Assembly: GCA_024277795.1 (NCBI GenBank)
Contig: JAJRUL010000033.1
Location: 1 to 47,739 of the forward strand
DNA: 47,739 bases
Origin: Candidatus Zixiibacteriota bacterium
GTDB taxonomy: Bacteria; Zixibacteria; MSB-5A5; GN15; FEB-12
Reading direction: 5' to 3'
The notes under the pieces are model-generated. The model saw only the letters and a list, made by a program, of their open reading frames with translations, ran no database searches and was not told the DNA's origin. The position numbers and the translations under genes were made by a program. Positions within the stretch are counted from its first letter, which is position 1; each line of letters opens with the position of its first letter. Below, in pieces: positions 1-9,690 of this stretch.

Positions 1-878
1 AATGTAAACTGTGCGGAAGTAGACATACTAAACTCTGATTTATCAATATTATGCCGATCACTCTTAGAAAAACTGGAACTCAGCAATTCCAATGTCCTTC
101 TAACTGTTTTGCGATTTACCAAGCTTGTTGCAGGTGTTATTAGCCCGAGGATAACTCCCGCAATCGTTGGATGAATCCCTGACTTGAGAGTACATAACCA
201 AACTGCACTTCCAACAAGTATGAAAACGCCAACATTACGAACACCTATTCTATTCATGAGAAGTATCAAACCAAATCCGCTTGCTGACATCGCAAGCCAT
301 ATCAAATGAATGGTCTCAGTAAAAAATATCGCAATCACAGAAACCGCCAGAAGATCATCGACTATTGCCACAGATAAGAGAAATATCTTGAGACTATGAG
401 GGACTCGTTTACCCAGTAGACTTAATACACCGACAACAAAGGCAATATCAGTTGCCATCGGAATTGCCCAACCCGATTGGGCGGGTTCACCATATTGTAG
501 AGCAAGAAAGATTATTGCGGGAGTGACTGCCCCTCCAACGGCAGCCGCCGCAGGCAAAATTATTTTATGCTTCTCACTCAACTCACCGCTAGTTAATTCC
601 CGCTTGAGTTCTAGCCCTATAACAAAGAAAAAGATTGCCATCAAACCATCATTTACCCAATACCACAACGGATATGAGAGGCCAAAGTCACCTATTTTAA
701 GACTCAGCAATTGATTCCAAAATGCTTGATATGATGCCCCAAAAGGTGAGTTTGCAATTGATAGAGCGATAATAGTACAACTGAGAAGAACTATTCCACC
801 TGATGCTTCCAAATGGAAGAAATGTTGAAAAGGCTTCGTGAGCTTTTGCACCCGACGTAAAGGCAATTCTTGTTTCAT
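1..878 (-). CDS. nhaA: Na+/H+ antiporter NhaA (3' end runs off the window start; absent from the supplied ORF track)
   Basis: Manual translation from ATG at 878 gives MKQELPLRR...FFHLEASGGIVLL...WVNDGLMAIFFFVIGLELKRE...GWAIPMATDIAF...AIVDDLLAV...KSGIHPTIAGV, all NhaA hallmark motifs. Confidence 0.95.
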   Translation of the reverse strand, partial: MKQELPLRRVQKLTKPFQHFFHLEASGGIVLLSCTIIALSIANSPFGASYQAFWNQLLSLKIGDFGLSYPLWYWVNDGLMAIFFFVIGLELKRELTSGELSEKHKIILPAAAAVGGAVTPAIIFLALQYGEPAQSGWAIPMATDIAFVVGVLSLLGKRVPHSLKIFLLSVAIVDDLLAVSVIAIFFTETIHLIWLAMSASGFGLILLMNRIGVRNVGVFILVGSAVWLCTLKSGIHPTIAGVILGLITPATSLVNRKTVRRTLELLSSSFSKSDRHNIDKSEFSMSTSAQFT

Positions 879-881
879 AGA

Positions 882-2108
882 TCAAAACACCCTATGCATA
901 TCGTTGTATGATATAGTTTCTATCATCTCATAAGCCATATATGTAACACCCAATAAAAACAGAATAAGCCCTTCTTTTCTCGAAAGACGGGTACTTGTCG
1001 AAAGAAAAACTAAAACGACAACAAACAGCAACCCCATCGCCATTAAACTTTGTACTGCTCCAACATTAATCGTTATAGACTCAGCCAAAGGAGGTTGAAC
1101 AAATAGACCGGCTATACCCAGTACAGCAAATATATTGAAGATTGCACTACCCAAAAGGTTGCCAATTCCGATTTCAACAGCATTCGATCTTGCGGCTGAC
1201 AATGAGACTACTATCTCTGGTGCAGAGGTACCGAGTGCTACAATTGATAATCCGATCAGGAAATCAGGGATTCCAAAAAAATTAGCAAACCATACCGCAC
1301 CATACCCTTGTGTAGTTCCATCAATCAATTCTGCTTTGCCCACAAGCAGATGACAACCAATCATAACGATTGTCAGACCTGCCACTGTGCGAACAAAATG
1401 AGAGACAAGTCCACCCCTCTCTTTGTTATTAGCTCTTTTCAGATCTGCCTGCTGTATATTGGAAGAGCGCATATCTGTAGTAGTCTCACTTGTCCTATTA
1501 TTGTTTCGCCCAACAATTATGATATACAGATATATGGCAAAGAGTACTATCAAAACCACAGCCTCAGCAAAGTCTAACTTTAGGTTGAGTAGACCAATAG
1601 TGCTAATACTGTCAAGTAGGTTCGTATTGATCGAAGGTGCACCAAGAAAGAGTAAGGCAAGCAATGATCCAAAAATCAATACTGGTGCATCAAATCGAAT
1701 AGTCTGACGATTGATGGCCAACCCCCCTTTTGTCAAAAAAGCCAAACCACCAAGAATGACAGATATATTCAAGATGTTTGACCCGACAACATTTGCAACT
1801 GCGATATCTCCCCTTCCACCAAAACCCGCAACCATTGATGTAACTAATTCAGGAATGCTTGTTCCGAATGCGACAATTGTCAATCCTACAAGGAAGGGAG
1901 AGACATTAAAATGCTCGGCAATCTTTTGGGAAGAAGCAACAAGCATATCGGAACCTTCCCATATCAAAAGAATGACTGAAAAAAAGAGGAACAATTGTGC
2001 AAGAAAGAGTACTGCCCCTGATAATAAAGAGGCTACAATCAATACCCACGTTATGAAACCGACCAAAAAAGGGACTATCAACAACGCTATATTTTTGTTT
2101 ATGGTCAC
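882..2108 (-). CDS. Calcium/sodium antiporter (CaCA family, YrbG-like)
   Basis: Two alpha-repeats, GTSIPEL...NVVGSNILN and GTSAPEI...NLLGSAIFN, plus about 10-11 hydrophobic segments. It stops 3 nt before the nhaA start, so the two are likely an operon. Confidence 0.92.
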   Translation of the reverse strand: MTINKNIALLIVPFLVGFITWVLIVASLLSGAVLFLAQLFLFFSVILLIWEGSDMLVASSQKIAEHFNVSPFLVGLTIVAFGTSIPELVTSMVAGFGGRGDIAVANVVGSNILNISVILGGLAFLTKGGLAINRQTIRFDAPVLIFGSLLALLFLGAPSINTNLLDSISTIGLLNLKLDFAEAVVLIVLFAIYLYIIIVGRNNNRTSETTTDMRSSNIQQADLKRANNKERGGLVSHFVRTVAGLTIVMIGCHLLVGKAELIDGTTQGYGAVWFANFFGIPDFLIGLSIVALGTSAPEIVVSLSAARSNAVEIGIGNLLGSAIFNIFAVLGIAGLFVQPPLAESITINVGAVQSLMAMGLLFVVVLVFLSTSTRLSRKEGLILFLLGVTYMAYEMIETISYNDMHRVF

Positions 2109-2279
2109 GATAACAGGGTTTCCTCTTGTATCTGGCCGTCATGTCTTCTTCGTCCGTTATACAAGTTCAATATCCACAGGACGCAAAAACTGTTAAAGGA
2201 GCTACACTTTAGGGCCATGAAAAAGCCTATCAACCAACCGTAACTTTCGTTATGGCAAAATCCAACCTGTATCAAACAG

Positions 2280-2288
2280 ATTATAGCA
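2280..2288 (-). promoter_or_regulatory. Extended -10 promoter (TGCTATAAT) for the antiporter operon
   Basis: Perfect TGnTATAAT on the minus strand about 170 nt upstream of the antiporter start. Confidence 0.55.
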
Positions 2289-2360
2289 TTCTATCCTATT
2301 TATCGTGCTGTACCAATATAGAAGGCCGGAAATTGATAAGAATACTTCACCGTATTCTCC

Positions 2361-2723
2361 TCATTTTCCTTCATAGATGCACCGACTAGAATCTGTCTCA
2401 AAAATTGTAATCCTGCTTAATTGGGGTAAGTCAGGCAAAATACGTTCCCATAGCCAGTGACAAATATATTCAGTCGTTGTCAATTCTAATCCATCAATAT
2501 CATTGAGATGTGTATGGTCAAGCATTTTGATAACAGGAGTGGCTGCTTTCTTGATTTCTGCATAATCGATCAAAAAGCCCGTTGACGGATCGACTTCACC
2601 AGCAACTTCGATTTCTACTCGATAGCTGTGTCCGTGCAGGTTATAACAGGGATGATCTTTCGGCAAGTGTTCCAAACGATGACTCGCTTCAAAATGAAAC
2701 CTTTTAGATAACTTAACTCTCAC
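2361..2723 (-). CDS. queD: 6-carboxy-5,6,7,8-tetrahydropterin synthase QueD
   Basis: FEASHRL...CYNLHGHSY...IDY...LDH..LND...TTE...ETDSS motifs; adjacent to queE and queC. Confidence 0.95.
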   Translation of the reverse strand: MRVKLSKRFHFEASHRLEHLPKDHPCYNLHGHSYRVEIEVAGEVDPSTGFLIDYAEIKKAATPVIKMLDHTHLNDIDGLELTTTEYICHWLWERILPDLPQLSRITIFETDSSRCIYEGK

Positions 2724-2799
2724 AGACTCAGCCTGCCTTTCAGTTTGACACTCAACATATTCAACCTAATCCAATCTAAAACCGTCGGAAAAGTAACTG

Positions 2800-3552
2800 C
2801 TATCTTTCTCGCTCATTACCAAAAGCAAGGATATGCAATCGAGGAGAAAAACGAAAGCCGTGTTTGAAGCATTGTTCAATGACAAATGGCATATTCATTC
2901 TCTGTCGCGATTCGGTAATCCCTTCCGGCATCAACATAATCATCTCAGTCGGAATAAGTTGACCATAGTTTGCCATCATCTCATCAATGTCAGCTTCGTT
3001 TGAAACAACAAACTTGAAGTCAGCCTGTTCAGTTGCAACAAGCTTATATATTGCCTCTTCTGATAGGTTCTCATCGATTGACATTCCATTATTGGATAGT
3101 TTCGGCGAACAGTTCCACCATGAAACCTTCTCAATAAGTTCATCAGTTGGGACAAAAAGACCATTGGTTTCAATTTCTGTAAAAACAAACCCAACTTTAT
3201 GAAGTTCATCAATCAACGCAGGCAAATGGTGAGCAAACAACATCGGCTCACCACCTGTCAGAACAATATGAAAAGATTCTATCTCACAAGAAAAAGCCTT
3301 GGCCTTCTGATGAGCTATCTTTGCAATTTCGAATACTGTCATCAATTTGTCTGACTCTATTTTTTTCGGATCCCATGTGTAGCGTGTATCGCACCAACTA
3401 CATCCGAGATTGCAATAGTTGAACCGTATGAAAAGCGCAGGGTATCCTGAAAACCTTCCCTCTCCCTGAACTGAAACAAAGATTTCATTGACAGGAAGCT
3501 GACTGCCTAACTCTGTGGGTATATTCTGCACATTTTTCATCGATTGACTCAT
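2800..3552 (-). CDS. queE: 7-carboxy-7-deazaguanine synthase QueE (radical SAM); start probably ATG 3552 or 3540, not 3588
   Basis: EIFVSVQGEG, CNLGCSWCDT (CxxxCxxC), LTGGEPM, IETNG, SPKL and RLH motifs. Confidence 0.93.
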   Translation of the reverse strand: MSQSMKNVQNIPTELGSQLPVNEIFVSVQGEGRFSGYPALFIRFNYCNLGCSWCDTRYTWDPKKIESDKLMTVFEIAKIAHQKAKAFSCEIESFHIVLTGGEPMLFAHHLPALIDELHKVGFVFTEIETNGLFVPTDELIEKVSWWNCSPKLSNNGMSIDENLSEEAIYKLVATEQADFKFVVSNEADIDEMMANYGQLIPTEMIMLMPEGITESRQRMNMPFVIEQCFKHGFRFSPRLHILAFGNERER

Positions 3553-3560
3553 CACACTAC

Positions 3561-4256
3561 TCACTCTGACTCCTGATAGCGAGTACAATCAGTGATCCCC
3601 GCATCCTCAAAACCGCCACGTCGAATAACACAACTGTCACATTTGCCACAAGCCCGACCATCATCATTGGCATCATAGCAACTAACAGTCAATGAATAAT
3701 CAAACCCAAGTTTTGTCCCCAATGTTATGATCTCACCTTTTGTGAGATGCATGAGTGGTGTTTTAATAGTAAAACCATTTCCATCAATCCCCGCTTTTGT
3801 GGCTACATTAGCCGTATCTTCAAATGATTGTATGAATTCAGGGCGACAATCGGGATAACCGGAGTAATCGACAGCATTGGCTCCTATGTATATCACTTTC
3901 ACATCAAGCACTTCCGCCCACGCAACCGCGTAAGAAAGAAATATCAGGTTTCGTGCGGGAACATACGTGACAGGGATCTGGTGTCTCATGCGATCTTTGT
4001 CACCATCTTTAGGCAATTCGATTGTGTCTGTAAGTGCAGACCCGCCAATCATATCAAGCGGTGCACTAATAACTAGATGCTTCCTCACCTCAAGCCATTC
4101 CGCAATTCTATGTGCGGATTTCAGTTCTGCTCTATGTCGTTGGCCATAGTCAAAACTGAGTGCAAAAAGCTCACATCCGTTTGATTTCGCAAAAGCCCCA
4201 ACCGTTGCTGAATCAATTCCTCCAGAAAGTAGTATGACCGCTTTTTTATCATTCAT
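3561..4256 (-). CDS. queC: 7-cyano-7-deazaguanine synthase QueC
   Basis: SGGIDS PP-loop, [20 protein letters not shown] and the SCY...CGKCDSC Zn site. Confidence 0.97.
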   Translation of the reverse strand: MNDKKAVILLSGGIDSATVGAFAKSNGCELFALSFDYGQRHRAELKSAHRIAEWLEVRKHLVISAPLDMIGGSALTDTIELPKDGDKDRMRHQIPVTYVPARNLIFLSYAVAWAEVLDVKVIYIGANAVDYSGYPDCRPEFIQSFEDTANVATKAGIDGNGFTIKTPLMHLTKGEIITLGTKLGFDYSLTVSCYDANDDGRACGKCDSCVIRRGGFEDAGITDCTRYQESE

Positions 4257-4345
4257 ACTATAATCTCGTCATTGACTTGAAAAAAGGCAAGCAGTCAAGT
4301 ATCATGAAGAATAAGAATAGCTGTTATTTCTTATCGGAAGGATAC

Positions 4346-5098
4346 ATGAAGGTAGCTCAATACAAAGTCATCACCGCAAAAGAGAACCGGGAAATTGTGG
4401 CTAAAGCAGATGCTCTGGTTTACCGCGAGTGGCCGGAATTCATGCTCCATGATCCGGTGGCTGATCTTTTTTCTGACTGTTACAGAGATTTGCCCGAATT
4501 CCAGTTTGCTCTTGTTGATAGCGATTCTAATGAAACTGTCGCTATCGGCAACTCGATACCGCTTTCATATCATGGTGAAATACACGAACTGCCCGAAGAA
4601 GGGTGGGACTGGGCCTTAACGAAAGGGATTGATGACTATAAAAGAGGGAACAAACCGACATTACTTTGTGCGTTACAAATCGTTGTCTTTGGTAACAATA
4701 GAGGGAAAGGGATAAGCAGTAAAGCTGTCACGGCTATGAAAAAAATCGGTCAAATGTCAGGACTGCACGACCTAATTGCTCCTGTACGTCCCTCTCAAAA
4801 ATCTGACTACCCGTTGATAGCTATTGATCGGTATATAAAGTGGCAGAATGATAACAAAGAACCTTTTGACAGTTGGCTACGGGTACATACTAAGCTAGGT
4901 GGGAAGATTATCAGACCATGTGTAAAAGCAATGAGAATAGATGGAACGATAGAACAATGGACAGAATGGACTGCACTCTCATTCAAAGAGAGTGGTAAGT
5001 ATATTGTACAAGGAGCTTTAGTACCAATCGATGTCGATCTTACAGCTAATCGGGCTGTTTATATCGAACCGAACGTCTGGATGCACCACCGCACTTAA
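4346..5098 (+). CDS. Putative GNAT-fold N-acetyltransferase (start likely ATG 4346 after GGAAGGA)
   Basis: RGKGIS acetyl-CoA motif, APVRP, and DSWLRVHTKLGG...GTIEQW..WT, typical of an uncharacterised GNAT family. Its stop codon overlaps the convergent mtnN stop (TTAA at 5095-5098). Confidence 0.75.
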   Translation: MKVAQYKVITAKENREIVAKADALVYREWPEFMLHDPVADLFSDCYRDLPEFQFALVDSDSNETVAIGNSIPLSYHGEIHELPEEGWDWALTKGIDDYKRGNKPTLLCALQIVVFGNNRGKGISSKAVTAMKKIGQMSGLHDLIAPVRPSQKSDYPLIAIDRYIKWQNDNKEPFDSWLRVHTKLGGKIIRPCVKAMRIDGTIEQWTEWTALSFKESGKYIVQGALVPIDVDLTANRAVYIEPNVWMHHRT

Positions 5099-5868
5099 AC
5101 TTCGCTTTTTTGCCAGTTTAGGATTATCTGTTCGGTTGGTGATGTCGACTCGGCTTGATCACGATAAGACATAATCCGTAGCATAGTACTCACTATCTTA
5201 TATGAATTTTCCGATGCTACTTTCAGGTAAGCATCAAAGTCATCTGTCGCAGATTCACCACCTGTATCTGATATTGTACGGATAATGACAAAGCTCACAT
5301 CATTGAGATGGCATGTATATCCGACAGCCGCCCCCTCCATTTCAGTTGCTACTGCACCGAATTCACGTTGAAGCCAGTTTATCTTCCGGGGATCGCTGAT
5401 AAATCGATCGCCTGAACAGATAGTACCAACGATTACTTTCGGGTTACCCTTTTTCTTTTCGATAACATCGTCAAAAGCATAGCAGGCAAATTTCACAAGT
5501 TTGGTATCAACCTCCAGTATCCGACCAACATCAGGCAGTTCCCCGTGTTGTCGTCCGAAAGCGGTCAAATCAAAATCATACTGGACGACATTATTTGAAA
5601 TAACGACATCCCCACGTGAGAGATTTGGCAGTAAGGCACCTGCTAAGCCTGTGAATATAATCAAATCTACGTTGAAGTAATCTATCATAATCTGGGTACC
5701 GATAGTGGCATTTACTTTGCCGATCCCTGATTGCAAGAGAACAATCTTCTTCCCAGACAATTGACCGACAGTAAACTCCATTCTGGCAATAGTCTTTTTC
5801 TCCACAACGTCCATACTTTTGGTAAACAGGACGATTTCCTCGCTCATTGCTCCAATAATACCTATCAT
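5095..5868 (-). CDS. mtnN: 5'-methylthioadenosine/S-adenosylhomocysteine nucleosidase
   Basis: IGIIGAMSEE, SGIGKVNA, TGLAG, SGDRFI, EMEGAA and IRTISD motifs. Confidence 0.95.
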   Translation of the reverse strand: MIGIIGAMSEEIVLFTKSMDVVEKKTIARMEFTVGQLSGKKIVLLQSGIGKVNATIGTQIMIDYFNVDLIIFTGLAGALLPNLSRGDVVISNNVVQYDFDLTAFGRQHGELPDVGRILEVDTKLVKFACYAFDDVIEKKKGNPKVIVGTICSGDRFISDPRKINWLQREFGAVATEMEGAAVGYTCHLNDVSFVIIRTISDTGGESATDDFDAYLKVASENSYKIVSTMLRIMSYRDQAESTSPTEQIILNWQKSEV

Positions 5869-6104
5869 CTCTCACCTATTTTCATGTTGTTTTCCAAAAG
5901 TGCTTAGTACTCCTATCGACAGTTTTGATCGGATGTTTGAGCTATGATAAACCAAACAAACCGATTGATTTATCGAACCTATAGAAACTACCAATTTCTT
6001 CGTTTTTTTACACATTTCACGTGACAGTTTAGCCCCCTCATCGTACCTTCTCGCTTGAAAAAGTAACAGAAACTGTACAACATTTTCTTATTATTGGAGT
6101 TCAG

Positions 6105-6722
6105 ATGAAAAACATACTAATCCTATTGAGTATTTGTTGCCTGTTCATGGTTTCATGTAGCTCAGAGCAGAAGACAGAACAAAAAACAGTCGCTAAAACT
6201 GATTCAGGGTCTCAGTTTGAAACAATTTCTGAAGGTATACAATTAGACGGAAAATCAGTAACTTTGGCAGGAATTACATTCACTCCACCTTCAATATGGA
6301 AAGATCTTGGCCCGAGTGGGATGAGAAAAGCCAACTATGCTCTCGATCCTGTCGAAGGCGAAACCGAAGCTGGATCTGTTGCTGTCTACTATTTCGGTAA
6401 GAATCAAGGGGGAACTGTTCAAGCGAACCTTGATCGTTGGGCTAGTCAAATCGGTTCTTCTGATTCAGCAGAATCAGATATCAGATCAACTTTGACTGTG
6501 GACGGAATGACAGTTAGTACAATAGAAGTTGGTGGTGCCTATAATTCTTCTATGGGTACAGCAATGGATGTATCAAAAGATGCTAAAGCCAACTATCGCC
6601 TCTTGGGTGCAGTAGTAGAAGGTCCGGAAGGAAATGTCTTTTTCAAATTGACAGGACCTGACAAAACAGCTCAGGCAATGTCAAAGGGCTTTGTCACAAT
6701 GATACAGAGCTTACATAAATAG
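6105..6722 (+). CDS. Hypothetical lipoprotein
   Basis: GGAG RBS, signal peptide with a VSC-SS lipobox, and conserved-looking MRKANY...GGTVQANLDRW...FFKLTGP segments; no function recognised. Confidence 0.8.
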   Translation: MKNILILLSICCLFMVSCSSEQKTEQKTVAKTDSGSQFETISEGIQLDGKSVTLAGITFTPPSIWKDLGPSGMRKANYALDPVEGETEAGSVAVYYFGKNQGGTVQANLDRWASQIGSSDSAESDIRSTLTVDGMTVSTIEVGGAYNSSMGTAMDVSKDAKANYRLLGAVVEGPEGNVFFKLTGPDKTAQAMSKGFVTMIQSLHK

Positions 6723-6754
6723 AAACAGCATCTCTTCTAACGTTGAGACAGCAC

Positions 6755-6786
6755 AAAGCGCGATCAGTTTTATCGATCGCGCTTTT
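6755..6786. terminator. Bidirectional intrinsic terminator
   Basis: AAAGCGCGATC-N9-GATCGCGCTTT hairpin between convergent genes. Confidence 0.8.
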
Positions 6787-6806
6787 ATTATTATTGTTTT
6801 TTCACA

Positions 6807-7721
6807 TCAAAAATTGTAGGAGAATTCAATTATCGGGATACCGGGGAAGAAAGCATCTTCACCTCCGACATTAAAGAAGGCGAGATCAACGGAAATACTC
6901 TCTCCAAAGAACCGTAAACCATAGGAGATCAGGGGATCATCAACACCGGGAAATACCCAGTTTTCAGTCACCAATGATATTGTACGAGCAAAACGATACT
7001 CTCCGCCAAGCAGTACTGCGGGTTTGTCGGCAATTTCATCTCCAACATACCCATATCCAAGGCCGAAAGTCATTGATGCATCACCCGAACCAATTGTCCC
7101 CGTCCCAAATAAAATACCTGCTATTTTGCTGTTATTTACACCGTTTTTAGGAATACGAACCATCAGCATTGATCCTGCTACCGAAAAAGTTTCTTTGGCA
7201 GTAAAGCCGATTTTTGTAAAACCGTAGATAAGTTGTTCATCCAAATCCAATCCTGGAATAATCGAGACACCCCCTCCAAGAGAAATATTGTCCGTTACTC
7301 CGATTGCAATACTTGGGAAAAAAATCAGAATATCTGAGAAATATCCCTGACCTTTTTTCAATGACCTCCCGGTTGGAGAAACATATAGACGAGTTTGATT
7401 CGGGTTTTCAAACCAATACTTCCCGCCCTTGAAAGCACTTTCGGTAACCTCTCGCATCTCCTTAATCTTGGTAATTGCAATAGTCAAAGACCCTGAGTTT
7501 GTCTCAAACTGTATTGTGTTTCCATCAACCTGAAGAATCCTCCCAATCAGAGTAGAGCCGTCAGTGAGCTTCAATACTTGAGTATATCCTTCAGGGGGAA
7601 CGCGTAAGTCAACTTCCGCATAGATACTTGAGGATACGACAAATATCAGAACAAGAAAGCAAATGATAGATATTCGGGTTGTTCTATGTTTGGTTGCAGT
7701 TTTCAATACATTATTTAACAT
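6807..7721 (-). CDS. Hypothetical exported protein with a probable C-terminal outer-membrane beta-barrel
   Basis: Signal peptide, small LxDGSxxxG domain, amphipathic Gly/aromatic strands and a terminal FSYNF (BAM-type C-terminal Phe). Confidence 0.7.
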   Translation of the reverse strand: MLNNVLKTATKHRTTRISIICFLVLIFVVSSSIYAEVDLRVPPEGYTQVLKLTDGSTLIGRILQVDGNTIQFETNSGSLTIAITKIKEMREVTESAFKGGKYWFENPNQTRLYVSPTGRSLKKGQGYFSDILIFFPSIAIGVTDNISLGGGVSIIPGLDLDEQLIYGFTKIGFTAKETFSVAGSMLMVRIPKNGVNNSKIAGILFGTGTIGSGDASMTFGLGYGYVGDEIADKPAVLLGGEYRFARTISLVTENWVFPGVDDPLISYGLRFFGESISVDLAFFNVGGEDAFFPGIPIIEFSYNF

Positions 7722-7842
7722 ATAACAACTCCTCTGTTTTCACATACGGTGTCTGTCATAGTATTCACTTGAGATTATAGATTACTGTACAAAAATAGAG
7801 TAATTCGGAGCATAGTGTCAACGTTTTTGTTGATATAACATA

Positions 7843-7879
7843 ACAAAAGCTATCCACACACAATATGGATAGCTTTGTT
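7843..7879 (-). terminator. Intrinsic terminator after the OmpA-family gene
   Basis: AAAGCTATCCA-N9-TGGATAGCTTT inverted repeat. Confidence 0.7.
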
Positions 7880-7902
7880 CTATTTGGGAAGCAATACGTT
7901 GA

Positions 7903-9480
7903 CTATTGCTGAATAAGAATATCTATACGACGATTCTTCGCACGCCCTTCTTTTGTTTGATTCGAAGCGACAGGTCGATCCATGCCGAATCCCATCGACT
8001 TTATCTTATCAGCAGGGATCAATAAACTCTGGCGAAGATACTGAGTAACTGCGTAAGCTCGTTTTTCAGAAAGCATCATATTTGATGAAGCATCGCCTGA
8101 TCCGTCGGTATGCCCTTCCACAACAAGATTTGCTGAAGGGAAAAGATTAATAATCTCCTTCACTTTTTCAAGCAACGGAATATGTTCATCTTTGATTTCA
8201 CTTTGACCAATATCAAACGAAAGTCCGCGTAACCTTAGAACAACATCATTTGATGAATTGAAAAGCACTTCCCCCTCAGACGGATTCAGGATCGTCTTTG
8301 CTTTCTTGAAGCGCTCTTCTTTCTCAACACGAACTGCAAGATCCGCCTCTACCGCTTTGTGGGATGCTTCAAGAGCAGCTAGTTTGTCTTGTACTTCCTG
8401 TAATTGCTTAATAGTCGAAGCAGACTCTTCCTGCATTGCAACTAATGCTTCCTCAACCGCTTTCCCCATAGCGACAGGGTCATTCCCTTCATACGATACG
8501 CCGATTGATTCAAGAATGCTTCTTAGTTGTTTAACCACCGCACTTGAAAGGAATTCGCTATCCTTAGAGAGATTTTTTATTTCATCCTGATACATTTCGA
8601 CTTTATCAATCATCGCATCAGCAGCCGCAAGCGGACCGTTGTCAAATTTCAGATAATCAAACCCCATTTTCTTACCGACACGATTCATTTGTATCTCATA
8701 TAAAAGCATCAATTTTTCCCATGCCTGATCATTACGATTCAAAGCGCGAACTGATAGAGCTATGTTGGATGCGTGCATCGCTTCATACTCGGCAAGTGAT
8801 GCGGTTTCCACTGCTTCCTCACGGTTATACCGATCTCCTACTAAGATTGCGTATGACTTGTCTCGTGCACTTTTTGCCTTATCAAGAGTTGATAGAGCAT
8901 ATTTCGTAGCATCATCAGCTTTTGCCTTTTCTATAAGCCTGTCAGCTTTTCCAAGAATCTCGACTTCTATCGCTTTAATTTCGGCTGTATCGAATAATGG
9001 CTTCGACTTGTCAGCCTCTTTTAATGCCCCTTTTACGTTGCCGGATTCTACTTTTTCTGTAGCTTTAATAAACTGCTTTTCAGCTTTAGCATATATATCA
9101 GGGACATGCACATGCGCTCGTGCTTTTCTTGCATTGTCACGAGGCTCAAGATACTGTTGCAACGTTAGCTTGCTCACCGATGTAGTCCGTATCGCATTCT
9201 CCACATATTCCAATGCGGAAGCAACATGTTTGTTTATATCTTTTTGGCTCTTACCTTGATTAACTGAGCGTTCTGCCTTTTCAAATGCCTTCACTGCTTT
9301 AGACCATACTTTGGGAGCAAATACATCAGCTTCTAAGACTAAAGCTGAGTCTTTGAGAGTTTTAAGACTGGCAAATTGATCAAGATCAGCCGCATGAGAC
9401 TGATGTGTTAGAGTAAGCACGCACATTACTGTGACAGTACAGATAAGCAAATATGCTGTGATTCGATTTCCTACATGCAT
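7903..9480 (-). CDS. OmpA/MotB-family peptidoglycan-binding protein with a long helical/coiled-coil N-terminus
   Basis: C-terminal FDIGQS...VEGHTDGSG...NMMLSEKRA..V..YL...GFG...PVASN...GRAKNRRIDI; signal peptide; Ala/Lys/Glu-rich helical repeats. Confidence 0.9.
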   Translation of the reverse strand: MHVGNRITAYLLICTVTVMCVLTLTHQSHAADLDQFASLKTLKDSALVLEADVFAPKVWSKAVKAFEKAERSVNQGKSQKDINKHVASALEYVENAIRTTSVSKLTLQQYLEPRDNARKARAHVHVPDIYAKAEKQFIKATEKVESGNVKGALKEADKSKPLFDTAEIKAIEVEILGKADRLIEKAKADDATKYALSTLDKAKSARDKSYAILVGDRYNREEAVETASLAEYEAMHASNIALSVRALNRNDQAWEKLMLLYEIQMNRVGKKMGFDYLKFDNGPLAAADAMIDKVEMYQDEIKNLSKDSEFLSSAVVKQLRSILESIGVSYEGNDPVAMGKAVEEALVAMQEESASTIKQLQEVQDKLAALEASHKAVEADLAVRVEKEERFKKAKTILNPSEGEVLFNSSNDVVLRLRGLSFDIGQSEIKDEHIPLLEKVKEIINLFPSANLVVEGHTDGSGDASSNMMLSEKRAYAVTQYLRQSLLIPADKIKSMGFGMDRPVASNQTKEGRAKNRRIDILIQQ

Positions 9481-9634
9481 AATATCGACCTTCCCAGTCT
9501 ATTTCTGTGATATGTTATCGTATAATCAACGGACTTTATCCTACTTGGTATTTTCGACTCTCTTGCTATATGCCTTTAGCTAAAAGCCCCCGTTGATCTG
9601 TCGAATTAGCTTTATTAGTGGTCAGTACAGATAC

Positions 9635-9670
9635 AAAAAAACCCCGCTGTTAAGTGTAACAGCGGGGTTT
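9635..9670 (-). terminator. Intrinsic terminator after the DT-repeat lipoprotein
   Basis: AAACCCCGCTGTTA-agtg-TAACAGCGGGGTTT with an A-tract on the + strand (U-tract on the minus strand). Confidence 0.88.
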
Positions 9671-9690
9671 CATTGTTTAATCCATACCTG

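Noticed and set aside
2361-4256. queCED as part of a 7-deazaguanine DNA-modification (dpd) or secondary-metabolite cluster; preQ1 riboswitch
   Set aside because: No dpdA/tgt paralogue, folE, queF or tailoring genes are nearby, and no recognisable preQ1 aptamer lies in the 90-bp divergent spacer. Ordinary queuosine precursor synthesis is the simplest reading.
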